Source: an uncultured Veillonella sp.
GTDB lineage: Bacteria > Bacillota > Negativicutes > Veillonellales > Veillonellaceae
NCBI RefSeq assembly: GCF_963522475.1
Contig: NZ_CAUQYW010000010.1
Location: 471-64,470 of the forward strand
Direction of reading: 5' to 3'
DNA length: 64,000 bases
Part shown: positions 39,777-50,479 of the stretch, one piece after another
Position numbering within the stretch: the stretch's first letter is position 1
Layout of the letters: every line of letters starts with the position of its first letter
Made by a program: the position numbers and the translations under genes
The notes under the pieces: model-generated
The model's database searches: none
Told to the model about the DNA's origin: nothing
What the model saw: the letters and a program-made list of their open reading frames with translations, nothing else

Positions 39777-40715
39777 ATGAATGAACACACTATATATTTA
39801 GGAGGCGGTTGTTTCTGGGGCCTTCAAGGGTATATCAGAAAAATCTCCGGCATCATTTCCACCGAAGTAGGCTATGCCAATGGTCCTACCGAAAATCCAA
39901 GTTATGAAGATGTCTGTCATGATAGTGGTCATGTGGAAGCACTAAAGGTTACATACGATGCAGATAAACTCTCCTTAGATCACTTAATTCAATACTTTTT
40001 ACGCGCCATCGATCCATTCAGTGTTAATAAACAAGGTGGTGACGTAGGCATTCAGTATCGAACAGGTATTTACTATATAGATGACGCTGACAAGGCTATT
40101 ATTGAAAACACCTTAGCTCGTGCACAATCCTTTGAAGGAAAACCATTTGCTATTGAAGTATTGCCGCTATCTAACTACTACTCTGCAGAGGAGTATCACC
40201 AAGATTACTTAGATAAAAATCCAACTGGCTATTGCCATATTCCACTAGGCTTATCTGATGAACCACTTATTGATGACAATGCCTATAACAAACCATCCGA
40301 AAAGGATCTCAAGGCTTTATCTCCACAAGAGTTTGAAGTTACACAAAACTCAGCTACAGATGCTCCGTTCAGTCATGAATTAACGGATGAGTTTAAATCA
40401 GGACTTTACGTAGATATCACTACAGGAGAACCCCTCTTTGTTTCAGCCCATAAATTTGAGTCTCACTGTGGTTGGCCTAGCTTCACAAAACCAATCGCGA
40501 AAGATGTTATCAAATACTACCAAGACGACTCTCATGGTATGAAACGTATTGAAGTACGTAGCCGTATCGGAAATGCTCATTTAGGACATGTATTTGAGGA
40601 TGGTCCTAATGGCTCACTTCGCTACTGCATTAATGGATCTGCTTTACGATTTATCTCTAAAGATGAATTAAAAGGCACAAAATACGAATATCTAATTCCG
40701 TATATTGAAGATTAA
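39777..40715 (+). CDS. msrAB: Peptide methionine sulfoxide reductase MsrA/MsrB fusion
   Basis: GGCFWG, QYRTGIY and AEEYHQDYL (MsrA); GWPSF, HLGHVF and RYCING (MsrB). Confidence 0.95.
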   Translation: MNEHTIYLGGGCFWGLQGYIRKISGIISTEVGYANGPTENPSYEDVCHDSGHVEALKVTYDADKLSLDHLIQYFLRAIDPFSVNKQGGDVGIQYRTGIYYIDDADKAIIENTLARAQSFEGKPFAIEVLPLSNYYSAEEYHQDYLDKNPTGYCHIPLGLSDEPLIDDNAYNKPSEKDLKALSPQEFEVTQNSATDAPFSHELTDEFKSGLYVDITTGEPLFVSAHKFESHCGWPSFTKPIAKDVIKYYQDDSHGMKRIEVRSRIGNAHLGHVFEDGPNGSLRYCINGSALRFISKDELKGTKYEYLIPYIED

Positions 40716-40719
40716 ATAG

Positions 40720-40754
40720 TAAAAGACGACTTATAAATATAAGTCGTCTTTTTT
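40720..40754 (+). terminator. Terminator after msrAB
   Basis: AAAAGACGACTTATA-AA-TATAAGTCGTCTTTTTT. Confidence 0.8.
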
Positions 40755-40918
40755 AGTAAATAAAATTTAAAACGAAAAAGTATAGATAGTAAAATATGGA
40801 TATATTCATTTACAAAATAAATCTAGTAATGCATACTATATTATTCTTTAAACAGTAAAAATCTAATAAATATCAAAAAAAGGATATATCTAATAGATAT
40901 ATCCTCTAAATCATCATA

Positions 40919-41896
40919 TTAGTCCAATACGTACACGGTAACGTCTTGACGACCAAAGTCCATAGCCTCACCATAAGAGTCCATTACAAGGTCAATTTTA
41001 TTGCCCACAATAGCACCACCCGTATCGGCAGCAATAGCCTCGCCGTAACCAGGAATAAATAAGCGTGTCCCCAAAGGAATAACGTCTGGGTCAACCGCCG
41101 CAATGCCACGTACTGCAGGTACACCTGTAGCCGTAATACCGGCACCATCACCATCGCCCGCAAGGTAAGCAGAAGCTTCCATTACAATAGCACGAGATGA
41201 GCGACCAGCAATATTACGAGATGTGGTTACTTCACGTGTACCTTCTTTTATAATAGTAGGTACCATTTCACGTTGTGTTACTTTAGATACGTCATTAGTT
41301 TTAATAACAGTACCATTACTATATAATGTTTCACGTTGTACTCGTTCTATACCAGGTTGACCAACTTGTACAACCTCTTCTTCACCTTGTGCCATCGTAT
41401 CATCTTTTTGTCGAATTACTTGAATAGCAATTTCTTGATCCACTGTGGACAAGGAGCGGCTTGTTACTTGCGCAATTGTGATATGTGTGCCACTTAATAC
41501 AGAACCATTTGCATCGCCTACTACAGCATAATTTGGCATTTTAAAGCCCAATTCGTTAGCAACGCCTTGCGCAGTAGTTTCTGTAGTGAATATAGCTCTA
41601 GTTTTACCATTAACAGTTACATAAACTGGAATAGCACGTACAACAGTCAATGTTGTGCCATTTTGAACAGATGTAGAGCTGGAAATAACTTTATCGTTTG
41701 GATTTAATTTAACCCCAGCATCGCGTACGATACCTTCGTTAGAATTTAAATGTGTTCTAACAGTGTGTGCTGCACCATCTACCATAACGGTAACGGTTTT
41801 ATCATTATAAGAAAAACCTGTCATAGTTACAGCTGTTACAATTAATCCTGCAACAACAGACGAAATATATCGTTTGTGTGTCTTATGAATTCTCAT
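40919..41896 (-). CDS. YabE-like cell-wall protein (DUF348 repeats, G5, 3D domain)
   Basis: N-terminal anchor, G5 (EEVVQVGQPG) and 3D domain (AVDPDVIPLGT...AADTGGAI.GNKIDL); yabE syntenic position. Confidence 0.87.
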   Translation of the reverse strand: MRIHKTHKRYISSVVAGLIVTAVTMTGFSYNDKTVTVMVDGAAHTVRTHLNSNEGIVRDAGVKLNPNDKVISSSTSVQNGTTLTVVRAIPVYVTVNGKTRAIFTTETTAQGVANELGFKMPNYAVVGDANGSVLSGTHITIAQVTSRSLSTVDQEIAIQVIRQKDDTMAQGEEEVVQVGQPGIERVQRETLYSNGTVIKTNDVSKVTQREMVPTIIKEGTREVTTSRNIAGRSSRAIVMEASAYLAGDGDGAGITATGVPAVRGIAAVDPDVIPLGTRLFIPGYGEAIAADTGGAIVGNKIDLVMDSYGEAMDFGRQDVTVYVLD

Positions 41897-42241
41897 ATTG
41901 TAATCCCTCCTGTAATGTCATTATTCTACTACAGATAGATATAACCTGTCAAACAACAATGGTTAACAATAAGAGATGAACACTTATAAACACTGTATTT
42001 TCTATAATTATATTTTCTATATTATTTCTGAAAGTCCACTGTACGTGTACATATCTATATTTTTTAATACTATACAATATATTCCGAATTGTGCACATAT
42101 ATACGATACTACTACTATATATAGTATGTAGTTTTTTTTTATAACTTAAATTGTATTTTTATGTGTTTTTGAATTGTTACCAAAATTTTCTACACATCCC
42201 AAAACTTCATTTTTATCTCATTTTCAAATATATATGTACAC

Positions 42242-42268
42242 AAAAAAGCCTGTAAAAACAGGCTTTTT
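42242..42268 (-). terminator. Terminator after ppk1
   Basis: AAAAAAGCCTGT-AAAA-ACAGGCTTTTT. Confidence 0.75.
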
Positions 42269-42322
42269 CACTATTGTATAACTGTATTAAAATTCATTAA
42301 TCAACATATCGTGAGAATTTCA

Positions 42323-44440
42323 TTATTTGCTCATCTTAAACATTGGTTGCAAACGCTCAATTACGGTCATTGATTCTTTATGTTCTTGTGCAATAGCGGC
42401 TTTCATAAATTCCTCTTGAGCAGAAATTGGATGTTCTCTATCATTAATTTTACGGTATGAACCATCTACTCTCATAATATGAGCCTTTAGGGTATCCTCT
42501 AAATACAAATCTAAAATCCCCTTAATTCTCTCCTTATGTCGTTTATCTTCAATAGGAATCATAAGTTCTACACGTTCATTTAAATTTCGTGGCATCCAGT
42601 CTGCACTAGATAAAAATAAACTTTCATTTCCTCCATTACGGAAATAGAATAACCGATGATGTTCTAGAAATCGCCCTACTACAGAGCGAACTGTTATATT
42701 GTCGCTGATACCTTCAATTCCAGGCCGTAGTGTACAAATACCACGAACGATAAGATCAATACGAACGCCTGCAGCAGAGGCTTCATAGAGTTTAGCAATA
42801 ACCTCTTTATCGAGTAATGAATTCATTTTACCAATGATATATGCCTCTTCTCCCTGTTTAGCAAATTCTATTTCACGGTTAATTAATTCCATTATTTTTT
42901 CCCGCAAATTTAAAGGAGCTACAATAAATTTATTCCAAATCGGAGGATCGGAATAGCCAGAGATTAAATTAAAGAAACGAGATGCATCATCACCATATTC
43001 ATCATTACACGTAAAAATACCACAATCAGTATACATTCGAGCCGTCTTACCATTATAGTTACCTGTAGCTAAATGAACATAGCGTCTAATACCTGCATCT
43101 TCCCTACGAACAACCATAGTAATTTTAGAATGAGTTTTAAGCCCTTTTAATCCATAAATTACATGACAACCAGCCTTTTCTAGACGACGAGCCATATGAA
43201 TATTATTTTCTTCATCAAAGCGAGCTTTAACCTCCATAAGTACGGTTACTTGCTTACCATTATCGGCCGCTTTTATAAGAGATGCAATAATAGGTGAATC
43301 ACCACTAACTCGATACAATGTTTGTTTAATAGCTAATACATCTGGGTCTGTAGCGGCTTGTGCTATAAATTGTTCTACTACTGTAAAAGACTCAAAAGGA
43401 TGATGAACAAATAAATCTTGCTTTCCAATAACAGAGAATAAACTCTCCCCTTCATGATCTACTAATTCACTAGGAAGTTTAGGTTCAAATAAGACATAAC
43501 GAAGATGATCAAGGCCTGGATAATTACAAAAATCAAAATACATACGACAATCAAGATGACCATCTATACGGTATACATCCTTTGACTCTAATTCAACACT
43601 AGTAAGTATAAAGTCTAATAAATTGTCCTTTATATCACCGCACACTTCTAATCGTACTGCATCACCACGACGTCGACGACGTAAAGATGCTTCTACCTCA
43701 GAAAGCAAATCTGTTGCTTCTTCTTCATCAATTTCTAGATCTGCATCACGAGTGATACGGAACACCATAAAATCTTCAATACCATAACCTTGGAAAAATT
43801 GAGTAGCATAATATGTAATCACGTCTTCTAAATATACAAAACGATGTTCTTTATTGCTATGACTCGGTATTTCGATTATACGATTTAATACAGAAGGAAT
43901 TGGTAAAATTGCGATTTTATAATCTTTTGTACCATCTGGTAATACTTGAAAAATGCGTACAATTGCATTGATAGTATGATTTGTTAAAAAAGGGAATGGA
44001 TGACCAGAGTCAACAGCTAAAGGTGTTACAACTGGATAAATGTGTTCTTCAAAATAGTGCCGTAACCAAGCCTTTGATTTTACATCTAACTGATCGGGAT
44101 ATGTAAAATAAAATCCATACGACTCGAGCTCAGACAATACATTTTTAAGATACATACTTTGCATCGATACAAGGCGCTGTACAGACTCATCAATAGCCTT
44201 TAACTGTGCTTTAGCATCCATATGAGCTGCATCATACTTTACAATACCATTGACAACTTGATGACGTAAGCCAGCTACACGAATCATAAAAAACTCATCT
44301 AAATTTGAGCTAGCAATAGCTATAAATCGAAGGCGTTCTAATAAAGGAGTGTTTGTATCAATAGACTCTAATAGAACGCGCTGATTAAATTTTAACCAAG
44401 ACAATTCTCGGTTAAAATAATACTTTGCATTATTAAACAC
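42323..44440 (-). CDS. ppk1: Polyphosphate kinase 1
   Basis: NRELSWL.FN.RV, NLDEFFMIRVAG, HHPFES, ARFDEENN, KTHSK and SSADWMPRN. Confidence 0.96.
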   Translation of the reverse strand: MFNNAKYYFNRELSWLKFNQRVLLESIDTNTPLLERLRFIAIASSNLDEFFMIRVAGLRHQVVNGIVKYDAAHMDAKAQLKAIDESVQRLVSMQSMYLKNVLSELESYGFYFTYPDQLDVKSKAWLRHYFEEHIYPVVTPLAVDSGHPFPFLTNHTINAIVRIFQVLPDGTKDYKIAILPIPSVLNRIIEIPSHSNKEHRFVYLEDVITYYATQFFQGYGIEDFMVFRITRDADLEIDEEEATDLLSEVEASLRRRRRGDAVRLEVCGDIKDNLLDFILTSVELESKDVYRIDGHLDCRMYFDFCNYPGLDHLRYVLFEPKLPSELVDHEGESLFSVIGKQDLFVHHPFESFTVVEQFIAQAATDPDVLAIKQTLYRVSGDSPIIASLIKAADNGKQVTVLMEVKARFDEENNIHMARRLEKAGCHVIYGLKGLKTHSKITMVVRREDAGIRRYVHLATGNYNGKTARMYTDCGIFTCNDEYGDDASRFFNLISGYSDPPIWNKFIVAPLNLREKIMELINREIEFAKQGEEAYIIGKMNSLLDKEVIAKLYEASAAGVRIDLIVRGICTLRPGIEGISDNITVRSVVGRFLEHHRLFYFRNGGNESLFLSSADWMPRNLNERVELMIPIEDKRHKERIKGILDLYLEDTLKAHIMRVDGSYRKINDREHPISAQEEFMKAAIAQEHKESMTVIERLQPMFKMSK

Positions 44441-45995
44441 GACGATTCCCTCCCCTTACTAGTACGATTTCCATACCAAACACTTCTGTAAAGTATTCTG
44501 AATCACGGTCAAAAGTCCACCATTCTAACGAAATATCTTCATTAGTTCGACAGAATACATATAGTACATTATCTCGCTCTTCAAATGTAACTTCAGAAAT
44601 TTTTTGATTACTACCCGCATCAAGTGCACAAGCAACACGAATGATAGCTACTAGCTTGGTAACTTGAATTTTTTGTAATTCAGTTAATCCATTAAAATAG
44701 GCATCATCATCATTTGGTGTTCCCTTGTAATGGTAATAAACAACATTGGCAACCACTTGTTTTTCTTCTTCTGTAAGGCCCAATATATCGGTCCCCATTA
44801 CAATATGATACGCATGCTCTCCATGATTTCGTAAATTAACGAACTTACCGACAGAGCATAGAATAGCTGCTATACGACATAAATATCCCCACCGTTCTGG
44901 TAAGCCTTTATGTCGTAATACTTTACAGAATAAAGAGCTAAATCGTTCTACCTCCGCATCATGAATTCTATCTGTATGATATCTGGCTGCAATAGCACGT
45001 GCTAACTGTGCATTCTGTTCTCGCAATTGATACATAAATGGATTATTTTCAGCTTCTACACCATAGAACCAACTAATACCTTGAGAGAATGAAAAGCTAC
45101 TAAAAATTAATGCTTTAGGCTCTATAGCAGTAATAATTTCATTAAACAAAATCATGGTAGGCATTAAAATATTTGCCTTATATTCAGGTAATTTATAACG
45201 ATTCATCAGCTTTGTAGCTGTTACTCCATCAAAGGAATTGATAAGACTTTTAAATCGTGTAGGCTCAATAGTAATAATGTCTTCTTTATTATTCTCTTGC
45301 CCCATTAAATGAGCCATATATCGTGCCTCATCACCAGATAATACAATACTATCAATATTAAAAGTTTGTAATTCTTCACGGAGCGGTCCAATCATACGAT
45401 GTAAGTACTCCGTAATAGCCCTAGGGAATGATATAGAGGACCGTTGATTTCGATTAAATGACTCCATAACACGTAAAGAACCACTATGCATATTGCGTTG
45501 AAACAACAAGTTTTCACCACGCCAAACTGTTAATCCTACCCCTCCAGATGTTATATCTAAGAATAATGTTGCCTTTGTAGGATCCGTTAGTTGATATTGA
45601 TGAGTCATCTTGTAGTATAGCAAAGCATATTTATAATATACCTCTTTCGGCATATCGATAACCTCAACGCGCATTCCCGTTTGAATATAAATTTGATCTA
45701 AAATGCTACGACGATTAACGGCTTCGCGTATTACTGTTGTGCCATATAGCCTAGAACGGCTCACACCATAGTCTGCCATTAATTGTTTGTATCCTTTTAA
45801 AATATGGCAGATTTCTTCAATTGTTTTAAAACTCAACCTAGAGGTTTGAAATAATTCCTCTCCAAAAGTTACTTCTCTTGCTGCATAATCGATAACACGC
45901 ACATCGTCTATGCCTTTATACTCTAAAATAGTAATGCTCATGCTACTAGAGCCCACGTGTAGCACTGCATATCGTAATGTTTTTGGTAATGTCAT
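44433..45995 (-). CDS. Ppx/GppA-family protein with degenerate motifs
   Basis: Ppx-length ASKHA plus HD-like architecture, but HVGSSS, DITSGGVG and LCSVGK replace DLGSNS, DLGGASTE and LHDIGK. Confidence 0.78.
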   Translation of the reverse strand: MTLPKTLRYAVLHVGSSSMSITILEYKGIDDVRVIDYAAREVTFGEELFQTSRLSFKTIEEICHILKGYKQLMADYGVSRSRLYGTTVIREAVNRRSILDQIYIQTGMRVEVIDMPKEVYYKYALLYYKMTHQYQLTDPTKATLFLDITSGGVGLTVWRGENLLFQRNMHSGSLRVMESFNRNQRSSISFPRAITEYLHRMIGPLREELQTFNIDSIVLSGDEARYMAHLMGQENNKEDIITIEPTRFKSLINSFDGVTATKLMNRYKLPEYKANILMPTMILFNEIITAIEPKALIFSSFSFSQGISWFYGVEAENNPFMYQLREQNAQLARAIAARYHTDRIHDAEVERFSSLFCKVLRHKGLPERWGYLCRIAAILCSVGKFVNLRNHGEHAYHIVMGTDILGLTEEEKQVVANVVYYHYKGTPNDDDAYFNGLTELQKIQVTKLVAIIRVACALDAGSNQKISEVTFEERDNVLYVFCRTNEDISLEWWTFDRDSEYFTEVFGMEIVLVRGGNRRV

Positions 45996-47542
45996 TATGC
46001 CTCCTGACGAGATTCATGCCATTCTATTTCTAAGGATTTCTTAAATTCTTTTTTGAACGATTTTGAAAGTTTATCCACAGCCGCCTTAGTAACACTTACA
46101 TCGCGACCTTCTATGTAAAATACCTTTATCGAAACACTTGTGTATTTAATATTAACATCTAGATGCTTGATAAATTGTTCATGGCTTTCATCTAAAGCTT
46201 CTGCTATGGCTAAAATAATAGATAGCTTTTGACCTAACAAACGTTGTTCTTGATCCAACAATTTACCATACAAAAAATTCTTATATTCTTTTGGCGTCAA
46301 TCCATGAGAATTCATTACAAGAAAAGCACTAAATGCCTGCTCAATATGAGACATACCATATAAATTACTATTGACGAGCATATAACAACCATGCCGCGCA
46401 TGACTATAATAGTTTACGCGTTTACCAATATCATGCAACAAGCCAGCTGCAATTAAGCATCGTCTAAAATTTGTATCAGCCTTATGAAGCGGTTCTAAGG
46501 CATCATATAAAGTGGTGGCTAATTTTGTAATATACTTGGCATGGACCAGCTCATGCTTTGTCATACCTAATAGTACATTCTCTGCGGAATGAACTAAAAT
46601 ATCATCGATAATGGGATTTCCACCTAAATAGTACTCACCATAATAATCAAAAAATAAACCTTCACGCAAACCACAACCGCCAACAACAAGAGTCTTTGTA
46701 TTTACATAGTTAAATAACTCGTCCACTATAGTAAGACCTGCAATAATAATATCGGCACGCTCTGAAGATAATCCACTAATTTTTTTACGGGCCTCTAAAG
46801 GTTTACCTTTTACATCTTCTAAGATTTCATGGAATCTATGATAAGATATCTCATAGTTGTGTAGTTTTGTAATAGGATATGACAGCTTACGTTGATCCAT
46901 TTTAGCAATATTACGAGCCGTACCACCAATGCCGAGCAGCGGAAGTTTTACATTTTGAAGCCACGTATGTTCCTTAATGGTTTTCTTTACAGCTTTCATC
47001 ATTTTTTCTAATTCTTTAGGAGTATACTCATCACCTTTTTGATAGGTTCCCGTTAAGGTTAGTGCTCCAATAGGTAAGCTTACAGCTTTCATAATATGTC
47101 TATTTTTTACGAGTGTAACCTCTGTACTAGCGCCGCCTAAATCAAAAATAATAAAATCTTTGAGCCCAATCGTATTAATTACCCCGAGGAATCCAAGACG
47201 AGCCTCTTCTTCACCAGCAATACATTCTAAATCAAGTCCGGTTCGATCTTTTACAGTTTTTATAAAAGTATCCCCATTTTTAGCTAAACGTACTGCAGCC
47301 GTAGCAACAGCTTTTATAGTATCTACTTCCATAGCCTCTGCCATGTGAACAAAGGCTTTTAAAGAGCGTAAAGAACGCTCCATTGCTTCATTGGTTAGTT
47401 CGTGAGTGCCCCACATATTTTCACTAAGGCGCACACTATTTTTTTCTTGGTATATCAATCTATAGCTACCTGTTTTAGAAATCTCATAAATGACAAATCT
47501 AACGGAGTTAGAACCTAAATCTATAAATGCAATACGTTTCAT
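45995..47542 (-). CDS. ppx: Exopolyphosphatase (Ppx/GppA)
   Basis: IDLGSNS, ATAAVR, GEEEAR, DLGGASTE, GIGGT, GLREG and LLHDIG. Confidence 0.92.
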   Translation of the reverse strand: MKRIAFIDLGSNSVRFVIYEISKTGSYRLIYQEKNSVRLSENMWGTHELTNEAMERSLRSLKAFVHMAEAMEVDTIKAVATAAVRLAKNGDTFIKTVKDRTGLDLECIAGEEEARLGFLGVINTIGLKDFIIFDLGGASTEVTLVKNRHIMKAVSLPIGALTLTGTYQKGDEYTPKELEKMMKAVKKTIKEHTWLQNVKLPLLGIGGTARNIAKMDQRKLSYPITKLHNYEISYHRFHEILEDVKGKPLEARKKISGLSSERADIIIAGLTIVDELFNYVNTKTLVVGGCGLREGLFFDYYGEYYLGGNPIIDDILVHSAENVLLGMTKHELVHAKYITKLATTLYDALEPLHKADTNFRRCLIAAGLLHDIGKRVNYYSHARHGCYMLVNSNLYGMSHIEQAFSAFLVMNSHGLTPKEYKNFLYGKLLDQEQRLLGQKLSIILAIAEALDESHEQFIKHLDVNIKYTSVSIKVFYIEGRDVSVTKAAVDKLSKSFKKEFKKSLEIEWHESRQEA

Positions 47543-47598
47543 GCTACCACCCTCATCTTACTTTGTGTTCAGTATGAATATACTTTAGTATACCATAG

Positions 47599-47638
47599 AA
47601 AAACGCGATTCTCATCGATATGGGAGAATCGCTTTTTT
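47599..47638. terminator. Hairpin terminator after tatD
   Basis: GCGATTCTC...GAGAATCGC flanked by A- and T-tracts. Confidence 0.65.
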
Positions 47639-47728
47639 AATTTATCATTTTAATTAGTTGTAAGAATTTTTCTAACATCCAGACTAAGGGTATTATAAAT
47701 TTACTTATATGATTTGCGGGCATCAAAA

Positions 47729-48499
47729 TTAATCAATACCAAATACACGTTTACCATTATTATAGGCAATCTCACAGAACTCATCTACATCTATGCCTTT
47801 AAGACCAGCAATTTCCTCTGCTACAAATTGTGTCTTACTAGGATCATTGCGTCTACCTCTAAATGGAGGTGGTGTTAAGTATGGTGAATCAGTTTCGATA
47901 AGAATTCGATCTAATGGTACTTGGCGAGCTACGTCCTTAAGATTAGTAGACTTAGGGAATACTACAGGTCCTGCAAAAGAAATATAGAATCCTAATTTAA
48001 TAGCTTCTTTTGCCATTTCCCAACTGCCAGAATAGCAGTGAAAAATCCCCCAGTTATCCTTACCTTCATTGCGTAAGATATTCATAATATCGCCATGTGC
48101 ATCACGATCATGAATGATGATTGGTAACTCTACTTCACGAGCGAGTTCTAATTGACGAATGAATACGCGCTTCTGTGTTTCACGGTCAGAAAAATCATAA
48201 TAATAATCTAATCCGATTTCACCGATAGCGCGGACCTTATCGTTGTTAAGGGCTTGCTCCTTATAGAACTCATAGTCTTCTTCTGTAAAATCTTTTGACT
48301 CATGAGGATGTGTACCTACAGCAGCATATAAACGATCATACTGTTTTGCTAAAGCTAGTCCTGATTCAACAGTACCTCTATCTACCCCTGGAATCATAAT
48401 ATATTCTACGCCAGCATCAAAGCAGGCTTGTAACATCTCATCACGGTCATTATCAAAACGACCGTCATTCACATGAGCATGTGTATCAAAAAGTTTCAT
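47729..48499 (-). CDS. tatD: TatD-family DNase
   Basis: DTHAH, GTHP, GEIGLDYY, IHDRDA, FHCY and ETDSPYL. Confidence 0.94.
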   Translation of the reverse strand: MKLFDTHAHVNDGRFDNDRDEMLQACFDAGVEYIMIPGVDRGTVESGLALAKQYDRLYAAVGTHPHESKDFTEEDYEFYKEQALNNDKVRAIGEIGLDYYYDFSDRETQKRVFIRQLELAREVELPIIIHDRDAHGDIMNILRNEGKDNWGIFHCYSGSWEMAKEAIKLGFYISFAGPVVFPKSTNLKDVARQVPLDRILIETDSPYLTPPPFRGRRNDPSKTQFVAEEIAGLKGIDVDEFCEIAYNNGKRVFGID

Positions 48500-50445
48500 T
48501 ATTTAACCACACTTCCTGCTGGTAATGATTCGATATTTGTTACTTCTAAATGTTCTTCCCAATCAGATGCAGACAAAATCATGCCATAAGACTCGATGCC
48601 CATCATCTTCTTAGGAGCCAAGTTAGACAAATAAATTACCTTTTTACCAACCATAGCTTCTGGTTCGTAATATTGAGAGATACCACTTAATACTGTGCGC
48701 TCTTCAATGCCGATATCCAATACAAACTTCAATAATTTCTTGGACTTAGGAACCTTTTCACAGCTTACAACTTTTGCAACTCTAAGATCCAGTTTTTCGA
48801 AGTCATCGTACGTAATATTTTCTTTTAATGGTGGAATATTAGATGTATCTACAGATTCTTCAATTTTTTCTTCAACAACAACTTCTACCATTTCCGGAAT
48901 GTCAAAACGTGGATAAATAGGATCACCTTTTACTACTTTTGTACCTGTTGGCAATAAGCCCCAAGTTTTAACATCTTCTAATGTAGTATCGCCAAATCCT
49001 GTTAGACCTAATTGGTCCCAGATTTTTGGAGCACCTACAGGAATAACAGGGCTTACTAAAATAGCAATGATACGCAATGCTTCTGCCAAGTGGTACATAG
49101 CAGATTGTAAGCGAGCTTTATCGTTAGCATCTTCAGATTTAGCCAATACCCAAGGCATTGTTTCATCGATGTATTTATTCATGCGACCAATAAATGTCCA
49201 TACAGTTTTAATCGCTTTATTAAGCTCCATATTTTCCATAGCCGCTTCAAAGTCTTTTGTAGTTTGAACAGCCAATGTAGATACATCGCGGTCTAAATCG
49301 TCCATATCATCGCATTTTGTAATCACACCACCATGGTATTTTTCAATCATGGCAATGGTACGATTCAACAAATTACCTAAGTCATTAGACAAATCCGCAT
49401 TAATTTTTGTAACGAAGTTAGGCAATGTAAAGTTACCATCATTGCCAAGCGTAATTTCACTTAATAAGTAATAACGCAAGGAATCTGCACCATAAGTATC
49501 AATCAATGGAATTGGGTCAATAACATTCCCCAAAGATTTACTCATCTTTGTACCATCAACAATCATCCAGCCATGACCAAATACCTTTTTAGGTAATGGT
49601 AACTCAAGACTCATGAGCATCATAGGCCAAATAATTGTATGGAAACGTACGATTTCCTTACCTACTAAATGAAGATCTGCTGGCCAATATTTTTTATATA
49701 ATTCACCATCACCATCAAATGGAGATAGTGCACTAATATAGTTTACTAATGCATCGAACCAAACATACACAACATGTTTAGGATCAAATGGTACCTTGAT
49801 ACCCCAGTCAAAGGATGTACGAGAAACAGCCAAGTCTTCAAGACCTTGTTTTACGAATTGAATCATTTCATTGCGACGAGATTCAGGTTGAATAAAATCA
49901 GGGTTTTCTTCGATGAATTTCAACCATTGATCTGTATATTTAGCGAGTTTAAAGAAGTAGCTTTCCTCTTTAACCTTCTCTACAGGGCGGCCACAATCTG
50001 GGCATGTATGATTTTCACCAAGCTTTTGTTCAGTCCAGAATGTTTCACAAGGTGTGCAATACCAACCTTCATATTCAGCCTTGTAAATATCACCTTTTTC
50101 GTAAGCTTTTGTGAAGAGTTCTTGCACTACCTTTTCATGACGTTCATCAGTAGTACGGAGGAAGTCATCGTTAGAAATATGCATCTTTTCCCATAATGCT
50201 TTAAAGCCATTTACGATATTTGTAGTATATTCAAGAGGTGTAATACCTTGCGCTTCTGCAGCACGTTGAATTTTTTGACCATGTTCGTCAGAACCAGTCA
50301 AGAAACGTACATCATAACCAGCCAAACGCTTGAATCGAGCGATTGTATCAGCTACAGATGTACAATACGTATGACCAATGTGCAACTTAGCACTTGGATA
50401 ATAAATTGGTGTCGTAATATAATACGTTTTTTTTGTGTCTCCCAT
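48499..50445 (-). CDS. metG: Methionyl-tRNA synthetase
   Basis: YITTPIYYP, HIGH, YVWFDAL, KMSKS and C-terminal tRNA-binding domain. Confidence 0.97.
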   Translation of the reverse strand: MGDTKKTYYITTPIYYPSAKLHIGHTYCTSVADTIARFKRLAGYDVRFLTGSDEHGQKIQRAAEAQGITPLEYTTNIVNGFKALWEKMHISNDDFLRTTDERHEKVVQELFTKAYEKGDIYKAEYEGWYCTPCETFWTEQKLGENHTCPDCGRPVEKVKEESYFFKLAKYTDQWLKFIEENPDFIQPESRRNEMIQFVKQGLEDLAVSRTSFDWGIKVPFDPKHVVYVWFDALVNYISALSPFDGDGELYKKYWPADLHLVGKEIVRFHTIIWPMMLMSLELPLPKKVFGHGWMIVDGTKMSKSLGNVIDPIPLIDTYGADSLRYYLLSEITLGNDGNFTLPNFVTKINADLSNDLGNLLNRTIAMIEKYHGGVITKCDDMDDLDRDVSTLAVQTTKDFEAAMENMELNKAIKTVWTFIGRMNKYIDETMPWVLAKSEDANDKARLQSAMYHLAEALRIIAILVSPVIPVGAPKIWDQLGLTGFGDTTLEDVKTWGLLPTGTKVVKGDPIYPRFDIPEMVEVVVEEKIEESVDTSNIPPLKENITYDDFEKLDLRVAKVVSCEKVPKSKKLLKFVLDIGIEERTVLSGISQYYEPEAMVGKKVIYLSNLAPKKMMGIESYGMILSASDWEEHLEVTNIESLPAGSVVK

Positions 50446-50479
50446 GATGAGCCTCCTTCTAACCTTCGAATGGGAAGGT

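Noticed and set aside
41897..42240. Possible c-di-AMP riboswitch or NrdR box upstream of the yabE-like gene
   Set aside because: A TTGACA-18-TAGAAT promoter sits close to the start, leaving no leader. The CTATATATAG palindrome is low-complexity and not near nrd genes.
46071..46079. Perfect DnaA box TTATCCACA
   Set aside because: Single copy inside the ppx coding sequence; no cluster or origin context.
50446..50479. T-box before metG
   Set aside because: The gap is only 34 nt, with no T-box sequence.
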